Shown: positions 21,147 through 29,732 of the stretch, piece by piece
Numbering within the stretch: the stretch's first letter is position 1
Layout of the letters: every line of letters starts with the position of its first letter
Assembly (NCBI RefSeq): GCF_947331815.1
Contig: NZ_OX373462.1
Span: 513,376-545,375 of the forward strand
Source of the DNA: Cyanobacterium sp. uoEpiScrs1
Lineage (GTDB): Bacteria; Cyanobacteriota; Cyanobacteriia; Cyanobacteriales; Microcystaceae
Length of the DNA: 32,000 nt
Direction of reading: 5' to 3'
Notes under the pieces: model-generated
What the model was told of the DNA's origin: nothing
Database searches by the model: none
What the model saw: the letters and a program-made list of their open reading frames with translations, nothing else
Made by a program: the position numbers and the translations under genes

Positions 21147-21186
21147 TCGTAATTCTATAATGACTTGGGACATTATAGAATTACGA
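21147..21186. repeat. 16-bp perfect inverted repeat (hairpin) in the IMPase/hisZ spacer
   Basis: 21147-21162 (TCGTAATTCTATAATG) is the exact reverse complement of 21171-21186, with an 8-nt loop ACTTGGGA. There is no flanking U-tract on either strand. Confidence 0.6.
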
Positions 21187-21476
21187 GAGGCTCTTAAAAC
21201 TGAACCAAATAATTACGTATTCCGTTCGCCATAATTAAGGTCCACGGCGATCAAGCTTCACCAAGAAACTCTAAACATCTGGTAGTTATTTAAACGAAAC
21301 AATCCTTTAATCAACTGATGAACAATTAATTGAGGGAGAACTTTTTGACTCTTCATTTTGTTCAAAAAAGTAGTTTATACTTAGCTGGTAAAAGATAATC
21401 CTACGCTAGGCTAAAAGACGGGACTTTAACCTCCCTGTTTAGAGGAAACAATACAAGGTAATAAGCATAAAAAACT

Positions 21477-22700
21477 ATGATTCATCAACCACCTGCTGGA
21501 GCAAGGGACTTACTTCCCCTCGAAGTTGTACAAAAGGCTTGGATTAATGATCATCTTCAAAAAGTCTTTGGACAATGGGGATACCAACGTGTCGTTACCT
21601 CGACTATTGAATGGTTAGAAACGTTGACGGCTGGAGGAGCTATCGATCCTTCAACAGTCATTCAACTGCAGGATAGTTCTACAGGGCAATTAGGATTGCG
21701 GCCGGAACTAACTGCCTCAATCGCCAGGACTGTCGTTACTCGCATGGCTGACACTGCTTATCCCCAACGCCTTTGTTATCGTGCTAATGTTTTTCGAGAT
21801 CCTCCGGTAGGTCATCACGGAAGACAGTTAGAATTTTATCAAGCCGGGGTAGAATTACTTTTCTCGGGGGGAGTGTTAGCGGATGCGGAAATTTTATTAT
21901 TAGTCGCTGATTGTCTTGAACAGTTAAAAATTCCCTATTGGCATCTCATTTTAGGAGAAGCTAGTCTCACTAGATCGCTTCTTAAACCCTTTCCAGGTTC
22001 CCTCAAGAATCAGGTTCGTCAATGTTTGGCCCAACTTGACTATGTTACTTTGGAAAATCTTGATTACCCTTCTATTGACTTACAAGAACGAGGAAAATTA
22101 TTATTTGATTTGCGGGGAACTCCTACTCAGGTGCTCCAAAAAGTTGTTCAATTAGAGTTAGATAAAGAGGGACAAAAAAGTGTTAATAATCTGAAGTCCC
22201 TAGTCGAACTAATTGAAACGAGTTGGTCAAAACCATTTCCATTTACCTTGGATTTAAGTTTAATTCAAACCTTTGACTACTATACAGGAATAGTATTTAA
22301 GGCTGTTGGACAAAATAATAGCCAATTGAAAATTTTAGGTCAAGGAGGACGTTATGATGAACTTCTTGGGGTTTACCATCCTCGAAGGATGTCAGCCCCA
22401 GGTATCGGATTTTCTTTCAATCTTGAAGACATATATACCTGTTTATTAACCACTACTATTTTGCCGCAAACTCCTCCTCTAATTGATTACCTAGTAATTG
22501 CTCAAACTTCTCAAGCTCAACCAATGGCCTTGAATTATGCTCAAAAACTTAGACAGTCCTCAGAAAAACTAAGAATAGCCCTAGAATTGGGGGGACGTTC
22601 TCCTGAAGAAATCCGTAATTATGCGCTGCGAAGTTACATTAAAAGTCTCGTTTGGATAACTGACAAAGAAGAAGTAAAAATTGAAGTTTTGAATAATTAG
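21477..22700 (+). CDS. hisZ: ATP phosphoribosyltransferase regulatory subunit (HisRS paralogue)
   Basis: 407 aa with a class-II aaRS-like core: PAGARDLLP, LCYRANVFR, EFYQAGVEL and GGRYDELL. It lacks an anticodon-binding-type C-terminus characteristic of true HisRS. The length is typical of cyanobacterial HisZ. Confidence 0.85.
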   Translation: MIHQPPAGARDLLPLEVVQKAWINDHLQKVFGQWGYQRVVTSTIEWLETLTAGGAIDPSTVIQLQDSSTGQLGLRPELTASIARTVVTRMADTAYPQRLCYRANVFRDPPVGHHGRQLEFYQAGVELLFSGGVLADAEILLLVADCLEQLKIPYWHLILGEASLTRSLLKPFPGSLKNQVRQCLAQLDYVTLENLDYPSIDLQERGKLLFDLRGTPTQVLQKVVQLELDKEGQKSVNNLKSLVELIETSWSKPFPFTLDLSLIQTFDYYTGIVFKAVGQNNSQLKILGQGGRYDELLGVYHPRRMSAPGIGFSFNLEDIYTCLLTTTILPQTPPLIDYLVIAQTSQAQPMALNYAQKLRQSSEKLRIALELGGRSPEEIRNYALRSYIKSLVWITDKEEVKIEVLNN

Positions 22701-22787
22701 ACCGAAAATCAACTCTGATTTCAGTGATTACTTTTCAAGTCTATTATTTAGAAATAAACTACATATCTATCTAGAAAACTCATCAAA

Positions 22788-23558
22788 ATGTTAGCTAAAC
22801 GAATTTTGCCTTGTCTCGACGTTAGTGCCGGTCGCGTAGTCAAAGGTGTTAACTTTATTAACCTTCAAGATGCTGGAGATCCTGTAGAATTAGCTAAAAT
22901 GTACAATGATGCAGGAGCTGATGAATTAGTTTTTCTTGATATTACTGCCACTCATGAGGGACGAGATACTATTATTGATGTTGTTTATCGTACAGCTGAA
23001 GCTGTTTTCATCCCTTTAACCGTTGGAGGTGGCATTCAAACCTTAGAAAACATCAAAAATCTGTTGAGGGCTGGAGCTGATAAAATTAGCATCAACTCCG
23101 CCGCTGTTCGTAAACCAGATTTTATCAACCGTGCTAGTGATCGCTTTGGTAAACAATGTATTGTAATTGCTATTGATGCTAGGCGACGTAGATATCCTGG
23201 TAACGAGGGCTGGGAAGTTTATGTGAGAGGAGGACGAGAGAATACGGGGATAGATGCTATAGAGTGGGCACAAGAAATAGAAAGACGGGGCGCAGGAGAA
23301 TTATTGGTAACTAGTATGGATGCGGATGGAACCCAGGCTGGATATGATTTGGAATTAACTAGAACTATCGCTGAACGGGTAGAAATTCCAGTAATAGCCT
23401 CTGGGGGAGCAGGAAATTGCCAACATATCTATGAATCTTTCTCTAAAGGTCGTGCTGAAGCCGCTTTATTAGCTTCTTTGCTTCATTGCGGTCAATTGAC
23501 TATTAGTAATATAAAAGAATACTTACGTGATCGTCAAGTTCCCGTTAGAGATATGTAA
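22788..23558 (+). CDS. hisF: Imidazole glycerol phosphate synthase, cyclase subunit
   Basis: 256 aa with [42 protein letters not shown] and IASGGAG. Confidence 0.95.
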   Translation: MLAKRILPCLDVSAGRVVKGVNFINLQDAGDPVELAKMYNDAGADELVFLDITATHEGRDTIIDVVYRTAEAVFIPLTVGGGIQTLENIKNLLRAGADKISINSAAVRKPDFINRASDRFGKQCIVIAIDARRRRYPGNEGWEVYVRGGRENTGIDAIEWAQEIERRGAGELLVTSMDADGTQAGYDLELTRTIAERVEIPVIASGGAGNCQHIYESFSKGRAEAALLASLLHCGQLTISNIKEYLRDRQVPVRDM

Positions 23559-24102
23559 ATACTACTCAACTTAAACAAAATTATTTTTTGAACTCAACTG
23601 AGTGTTAAAAACTTAGATTTGGATGATAAGAGTAAATAACTATTTTTTTGTTAAGGAAAATAAAAATATCGTAGTAGCTCAAGGAGCTAACCTCAAAAAA
23701 AAAGCTCTGCAAAACCGGATTGACCTCCAAAATTAAAGAGTTTTCCATTTAGTTTTGGAGGCTATGGTTAATGTATGACTTGTATCATAGAAACTGTTGA
23801 AAGGATAAAACAGTTTGCCGCCATAAACAGGTTGTGAACAATGCGTACTTAAGAACAAGCCAGACAACCACAGCTTATATGACCAAACTGTGGTTAGTGC
23901 AGCAGTTAAACTTAAAACCAAACCTTGTTCATTCCCTTTAAGCGTACTCCTTATGCCGACAAAGATGCACAGAGAGAGGTTATTATGGGGAAATATAGGA
24001 AACAAATGTTAACTGCTAACTAACAGAATACTTTTGAATCGATGAGCTGGTTTATGATTCCTTCAAAATACCAGAACAAGACAATTATAAATGCCTATTA
24101 CT

Positions 24103-24147
24103 ATAGTTCACAAGAGTATCGTTAAAAACGATACTCTTGTGAACTAT
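24103..24147. repeat. 21-bp perfect hairpin between the convergent hisF and gatD genes
   Basis: 24103-24123 pairs base-for-base with 24127-24147, with an AAA loop. All 21 pairs were checked by hand. It lies 545 nt after the hisF stop and 250 nt after the gatD stop. Confidence 0.7.
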
Positions 24148-24396
24148 TAATATCTTTCCACTGTTAAACACGATTGCAAGACCATACCAGTCCCCACAAA
24201 GAAATAAAATAACTGAATAAAAGTGGTCAATTTCTATTTAAGGATATAAAATAAGGGAATTCATATAAGTTAATAATTATAATTTCATATTTGCTATTAT
24301 ATCCGTCTTGATTTTTGCGGTGTTTCTACTAATTACCCATACACAAACTATATTGAGTATTTAAAATTTTAGTAGACATTTCACTGTGAAATATTC

Positions 24397-25194
24397 TTAT
24401 TCTACATAACTAACTTCAAGACGTTCCAACATTGCTTTCCTAGCTAGTTCAGTGAGAGAATCGTCAATAGGATCTAAGGTAATTTCAACTTGATATTTCT
24501 TTTGTAAAGCTGTTTGAATTAACCAGTCAGCAATAAAAGGATTTTTAGGTAACAAAGGTCCGTGACAATAAGTAGCGATAACATGACGATAAAAAGCTCC
24601 CTCATAACCATCTTCCCCGTTATTTCCATATCCTTTAATCACTTTCCCTAATGGTTCGACTTTTCCTAAATAGGTTCGTCCTCCATGATTTTCAAAGCCG
24701 ATGATAATCGGAGGTTTTCCTAATTGTTTTCTCAAAGCTTCTGCTAGGGGACTAGGAGTGACTTCAAACACAACATCACCAACACAACGAGGCATATCCG
24801 CTCCGGGGTGTTTACTAACTAAATCCAGCAATCCTAGTCCATCAATGCGCCGTCCTACAGCAGGTTCATAGTAATGACCTAAAAGTTGAGGTGAACCACA
24901 GGTAAATACCCCAGGGATTCCTTCTTCAATTATGTCCTTAAAAACTTCTGCCTTAGCACCTTGTAAGTCCCGCATCACAATCTCTTGTTGGCGATCCTGC
25001 GCTCCACCCCCGACAATGACATCAACTTTTTTGAACGTCGAGACTTCTGTTTGCTGAGTTATGGGGATAATGGTAACACTGAGCCCACGCCATTGACAAC
25101 GACGTTGAAGACATATGACATTACCGCGATCACCATAAGTACTCATTAAACTAGGGTACAGCCAACCGATACGTAATTCTTTAGTTTGAAACAT
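24397..25194 (-). CDS. gatD: CobQ-like glutamine amidotransferase, GatD type (lipid II isoglutaminyl synthase, glutaminase subunit)
   Basis: 265 aa. Blocks shared with the Staphylococcus GatD sequence as I remember it: FTCGSPQLLG (nucleophile Cys), GFENHGGRTY, GYGNNGEDGYEG and YCHGPLLPKNP. Confidence 0.8.
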   Translation of the reverse strand: MFQTKELRIGWLYPSLMSTYGDRGNVICLQRRCQWRGLSVTIIPITQQTEVSTFKKVDVIVGGGAQDRQQEIVMRDLQGAKAEVFKDIIEEGIPGVFTCGSPQLLGHYYEPAVGRRIDGLGLLDLVSKHPGADMPRCVGDVVFEVTPSPLAEALRKQLGKPPIIIGFENHGGRTYLGKVEPLGKVIKGYGNNGEDGYEGAFYRHVIATYCHGPLLPKNPFIADWLIQTALQKKYQVEITLDPIDDSLTELARKAMLERLEVSYVE

Positions 25195-26402
25195 AGGTTA
25201 AAGCCAAAAGTTATCAGAGCATTTTATCTTAGTTCTTTCAAGGCTATCCACTTTTGAGTTGATTTATTGTGCTCTTCTTTTGTTTTCAATAATCATAGTT
25301 AACTAACTATGGTAGAACTAATCTTATATCTGTCCCAACCACTTATAAATTTATTCTTATTCTTTAATATTTACCTAACTGTACTGCCATGAGTTTATAA
25401 GAAACTCTTGAGTTTGTTCAACTAGACGTTGAGCAACAGCAGTCAGATGATTAGAAAGCGCTAAGCTTTTATAGAATCAATGTTAGGAATTGTTTATATG
25501 TAGTGTTAATATTGTCTTTTTCAATTTTTATGTGGTTCTCAATAGATTCAAGCAGTCATGTCCTGAGAATAATAACTATTAATTAAGTTCTTACTTTATG
25601 AGCTTGTTATGATTGTTCTTTCAACATTAGCATAATACGTCACATAGTTAATCTTTAGGGAATGGTCTTCCTGAAGAGCAAACACTCTATATATTGGGAA
25701 ACTAATGAAGATAATTAACTATTATCGATAGATATATGCATAGCTATGTTGACCAGTTCTTTATTTATCAACCTTCAAGGGCTCAAAACTATAAATGACT
25801 TGTTGGGTTTCTTCGCATTATTCTCGTACTATCTATCCACTGAACTCACTATTACGATATTTGGCAAAATTATACCTAAGGTATACCAGTATCTTACACA
25901 CACTAGAGCCTACAAATAGTCAATATTAAAGATTTGTTTTTTGATATAGAAGAAATGAACAATCAGATATATAGTGCAGTTCACTATATTGAAAATCATT
26001 AAGATAGTGGGTAAACAATCAATTCATATTGAAAGAATCAGAAAATTTCTTAGTATGAGAAGCTCAAAACTAATAGAGATATTGATATGATTTAGTGTAA
26101 ATTTGACACCAATTTTGAACATTGTTAAACAAAAATTAAAACTTTTCTATTTTGCTTGCGTGTAGGAAGTCCTGTTCTGTAAACAGGCGGGACGAATAAA
26201 ACCGAAGGAGAACAACCGAAAAGCCTATGGATAAATGGATGATGACGATTATAGAAGTATATGAACGAAAGTAAGCAAATGACAATATGATTGCAGTTCT
26301 ATCTAGAAAAGCCTAGTGATATAGTAATGCCTTGTTGTAAGCCAGAAAAGTAGGTAATGTTCGTTTTAATGACACGGCACAAAGGGCTCTCCTAGAAAAA
26401 CT

Positions 26403-26948
26403 TCAAGAAGAAGTAACAAAATCAATAGGAATGTAATCGCCTAAGTTAATACCTAATTGTGTAGCACGCCCCCCGCGTAATTCAATCACCATATCGATAT
26501 CAGTGTTAAGAGTAGGTCCGTAGGTGGAACAGGGGTCTTCTTGACAAGGGGGGACATTGGTGATTATTTGTTTTACTTCTCCATTGAATAGAAAAATCAT
26601 GTCTAAAGGAAAGTTAACATTCTTCATCCAAAATCTTACCGGTCTTGCTGGCTCAAAAATAAAGAGCATTCCTCGATTGTCTGCTAAAGATTCTCTATAC
26701 ATTAAGCCAATACGTTGTTGTTCTGCAGTTTTAGCAACTTCTAATGCAATCACTTGTTCATTGATCGTGATCGTTGCCTTGGCTTCTACAGGGCGTTTTT
26801 TACCCTGGGTTTGAGCGGTTATTTCTAATACCTTCTCAAGGCTACTAGAGCGAAAGTCAGTCCACTCTGAAAAAAAATCTCCAAAGGATAAAATAGCAAT
26901 GATAAAAGTTGAAGTTAAGGCAATCGATAATTTCATTGCAAATCCCAT
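26403..26948 (-). CDS. DUF192-domain exported protein
   Basis: 181 aa with an N-terminal hydrophobic signal/anchor (MKLSIALTSTFIIAILSF). The DUF192 core is GLMYRESL..NRGMLFIF......FWMKNVNFPLDMIF. An alternative start is ATG 26936. Confidence 0.75.
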   Translation of the reverse strand: MGFAMKLSIALTSTFIIAILSFGDFFSEWTDFRSSSLEKVLEITAQTQGKKRPVEAKATITINEQVIALEVAKTAEQQRIGLMYRESLADNRGMLFIFEPARPVRFWMKNVNFPLDMIFLFNGEVKQIITNVPPCQEDPCSTYGPTLNTDIDMVIELRGGRATQLGINLGDYIPIDFVTSS

Positions 26949-27035
26949 CTTAAATCAATGTTTATAAACAGTTACAGTTGAATAGGAGAAAAGAAATACA
27001 AAGTAAAGTTTTTTCCTTGTCTCCTTTCTTTCTCA

Positions 27036-27740
27036 TTATCCTTCTCTTAGGACATAGCCAACACCGCGCACAGTGTGGATTAATCGTTTTGGATTTTTAC
27101 TCTCTATTTTTAAGCGCAAATAGCGAATATAAACTTCAATAACATTAGATTCCCCTTGAAAATCATATCCCCAAACATTTTCTAAAATTTTATCCCGTGT
27201 TAGTATTTTCTTAGGATGAGACATGAGGTATTTAAGCAATTCAAATTCCTTCATTGTCAAATCAATAGCTATTTCATCCACAAAAAGTTGGCGGTTATGC
27301 AAGTCTAACATTAAATTGTCAAATTGAAGTTTTTCAGTAACTGTCTTAGTAGTAGCTAAATAAAAATGGACTAACTTGAGTAGGTTTTCAGTATGATAAG
27401 CTGTTAAAATATAATCATCAGCTCCTGCCTCTAAACAAGCTACTCTTTCTTCAACGCTGTCTTGATCAAGTACCATAATAATCAACGCCTGGTTCTGGTT
27501 CTGAGCCTTTCTCAACTGATGGCACAAAGTTAATCCGGCTTTTTTGGAGCGGTGACGATCAATAACTATCATAGCTGGTTGTTGTTTCTCGACTTCGATT
27601 AGGGCTTTATGAGCGTCAGATACAATCACCGGGGTGTAACCAATTTCTATTAAATCAGCTTTCGCACGTTGATTAAAGGATTCATCAAGCTGTACTAACA
27701 AAATACAACGATTCATCGTATTAGAGGTTATTAAACTCAT
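27036..27740 (-). CDS. OmpR/PhoB-family response regulator with a degenerate receiver domain (NblR-like, probably phosphorylation-independent)
   Basis: 234 aa with an intact winged-helix output domain (LTMKEFELLKYL, VWGYDF.GESNVIEVYIRYLRLKI, RLIHTVRGVGYVLRE). The receiver fold is retained, but conserved pocket residues are substituted (see finding). The start may be the second ATG at 27716 (MNRCILLV). Confidence 0.85.
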   Translation of the reverse strand: MSLITSNTMNRCILLVQLDESFNQRAKADLIEIGYTPVIVSDAHKALIEVEKQQPAMIVIDRHRSKKAGLTLCHQLRKAQNQNQALIIMVLDQDSVEERVACLEAGADDYILTAYHTENLLKLVHFYLATTKTVTEKLQFDNLMLDLHNRQLFVDEIAIDLTMKEFELLKYLMSHPKKILTRDKILENVWGYDFQGESNVIEVYIRYLRLKIESKNPKRLIHTVRGVGYVLREG

Positions 27741-27781
27741 AAGTGATATTTTTTATGTAAAAAACTGTCAGTTTAAGTCAT

Positions 27782-28951
27782 TTATTCTATAAAAATTTCC
27801 GTTACTACTCGATCTTGAGTATTGCCGCTGACAATAATTTTGTTATCGTGTATAGTGCCTACAGCTTTTTCTCCAGTTAAATTAAAGTCCGGATTAGTTT
27901 GTTCGTAAATGATATTTCCCAAAGCTTCGATGATCTGAGTACTAACATTCCAGGTAAGATTGTTTGAATATAGTTTAGCGGCATTAGCGGTGCTATTGCC
28001 TTGAACTCCGCCTCGAAGATAAGCAATATTATTAATCAAATCAACCTCAGCCTGATTACCGGCAATAACAACTCCCTGTTGATAGTGAATTAATTTGACC
28101 GGTTTGTACGAGGTGACTTGGCGCGCTTTGTATTTCCAAATAAATTCGTTAGTTGCTACTTGTACTGGAGGTTCAATTGATTTGAACTCAATATTTTCTT
28201 GAACAATGACCTGTTTAGTGTTGAGATGAACTTCAGCACGGTTAGCGACTAGTTTATCAGTGATGGTTTTATCTTGGAAACAAACTATATTAAGTAAGCG
28301 ATCACCCATGACCTTTTGTTCAGGAATATTCCAGAGTAGATGTTCTGTTTTTAGTTGCATCCGAGGCTTTTTCGAAGTAGCAATAATATCTCCTATAAAT
28401 TCAAGTTTTTGCTTAGTAGCATAATATTTACCCTCCTTAGCAGAAGCCATAAGTTGAGGATGAGAACCCCGTAAATTTTTTCGTATTACGAGGATCGATT
28501 CTTGGGGTTTCCACTCCACCTCGTCACTCTGCATTACCGCATTGTTACGAGGATCAACAGCGACAATATTTTCTTTGAGATAAATTTCTTGTCCATCTTG
28601 AAAAATCTCTCCTTGGTCAGCCTTAATGCGAAGAACAATCTTACCATTTTGAAAAATATTGCCTTTGACGACAGTTAATTTAGCCTTTTTACGATCAGGA
28701 CTATATGCAGCTTCATCTACTTGAATTTTCCAAAGCATTTCTCCTTTAGGATTAGATTGTTCTAAGGTCGCGTTTTCAAGGATTAATTGACTTTCTACAT
28801 TGGTAGCTTCCTGCTGTGGTTTATCAGAATTGATCTGGGATTGATTGTTTTCTTGACAGGCAGTGATAGCCGAGAGTAGAAACAGCACTCCAACTATTAG
28901 AACCCATCTGGGTTGGAGATGCTGCGTCTGAAAAAAATTTGAGCTATCCAT
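27782..28951 (-). CDS. LptC/OstA-fold periplasmic lipoprotein (cyanobacterial long LptC-like)
   Basis: 389 aa with a signal peptide and lipobox (LLSAITA-C). It is a long beta-rich protein with repeated LptC/LptA-style strands (W.I.AD.....D......L..NI.....; L.W.......A.GN.). Assigned from overall pattern, not from a search. Confidence 0.55.
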   Translation of the reverse strand: MDSSNFFQTQHLQPRWVLIVGVLFLLSAITACQENNQSQINSDKPQQEATNVESQLILENATLEQSNPKGEMLWKIQVDEAAYSPDRKKAKLTVVKGNIFQNGKIVLRIKADQGEIFQDGQEIYLKENIVAVDPRNNAVMQSDEVEWKPQESILVIRKNLRGSHPQLMASAKEGKYYATKQKLEFIGDIIATSKKPRMQLKTEHLLWNIPEQKVMGDRLLNIVCFQDKTITDKLVANRAEVHLNTKQVIVQENIEFKSIEPPVQVATNEFIWKYKARQVTSYKPVKLIHYQQGVVIAGNQAEVDLINNIAYLRGGVQGNSTANAAKLYSNNLTWNVSTQIIEALGNIIYEQTNPDFNLTGEKAVGTIHDNKIIVSGNTQDRVVTEIFIE

Positions 28952-28985
28952 TTGGTTGAAGTTATGTGAGTCTAACCTACCTACC

Positions 28986-29717
28986 TTATCCTGGTTTATT
29001 ACTATCTAACATCCCGACCCCTGAAAAACTACCATAAGACATATTGGGTTTGGGAGTTTTTTGAATATCTTCTTTTATTTGGTCAAGATCAATGTAACGA
29101 TCAGCGACATTGATTAAACTATCACTAGTCATCGAACGCAAGCTAACAACTTCGATGCGCGCTCCTCGATAGCTAACTGAGTCAGCCGCATAGGCTAAAT
29201 CTCCATCACCACTGACGATTACAGAGGTATCATAAGCTCCTACTAAAGCCATGAGATCAACAGCAATTTCTACGTCTAAGTTAGCTTTTTTTGAGCCGTC
29301 AGGTAATTGAACCAGATCTTTAGCGATTACTCGATAACCATTACGACGCATCCACAATAAAAAACCCTGTTGTTTATCGTTGGTACGATCAACTCCTGTA
29401 TAAAAAAAAGCCCTTAATAACCTAGAGCCTCCTGTCAGGCGACACAGCAACTTTGTATAGTCAATTTCAATTCCTAATTGAAGAGCAGCATAAAATAAAT
29501 TGGAGCCATCAATAAAAATAGCAACACGTCCTCTATTTTCTAATACCTGTTCTGGAGTAAATATAGAATCATCTTCAAATTCTTCAAACATTTGTCTTAT
29601 TCCTGGTTGATTATTGAGAAGGTATGGTTTATGAAATGGATTTGTTATTTCTGGCTTATATTTCATGGGATTTGTAAATTGGTAAAAGGTGTAATAGCAA
29701 CATTGTTTCCCTAACAC
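28986..29717 (-). CDS. NYN-domain (LabA/DUF88-like) putative ribonuclease
   Basis: 243-aa ORF. The core is RVAIFIDGSNLFYA......IDY..L, with acidic residues NLDVEIAVD and VSGDGDLAYA, typical of the NYN/LabA PIN-like fold. The true start may be ATG 29666 or 29591. Confidence 0.8.
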   Translation of the reverse strand: MLGKQCCYYTFYQFTNPMKYKPEITNPFHKPYLLNNQPGIRQMFEEFEDDSIFTPEQVLENRGRVAIFIDGSNLFYAALQLGIEIDYTKLLCRLTGGSRLLRAFFYTGVDRTNDKQQGFLLWMRRNGYRVIAKDLVQLPDGSKKANLDVEIAVDLMALVGAYDTSVIVSGDGDLAYAADSVSYRGARIEVVSLRSMTSDSLINVADRYIDLDQIKEDIQKTPKPNMSYGSFSGVGMLDSNKPG

Positions 29718-29732
29718 CCGGTTTGGCCAGAT

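Noticed and set aside
23043-23273. 76-aa minus-strand ORF
   Set aside because: It is antisense within hisF.
25195-26150. Attempt to read MurT remnants in the spacer upstream of gatD
   Set aside because: Hand translation of the minus strand gave only short stop-riddled frames, with no GTNGKT P-loop or DUF1727-like motif. I cannot claim a pseudogene, so it is kept only as a question in the findings.
26557-26814. 85-aa + strand ORF
   Set aside because: It is antisense within the DUF192 gene.
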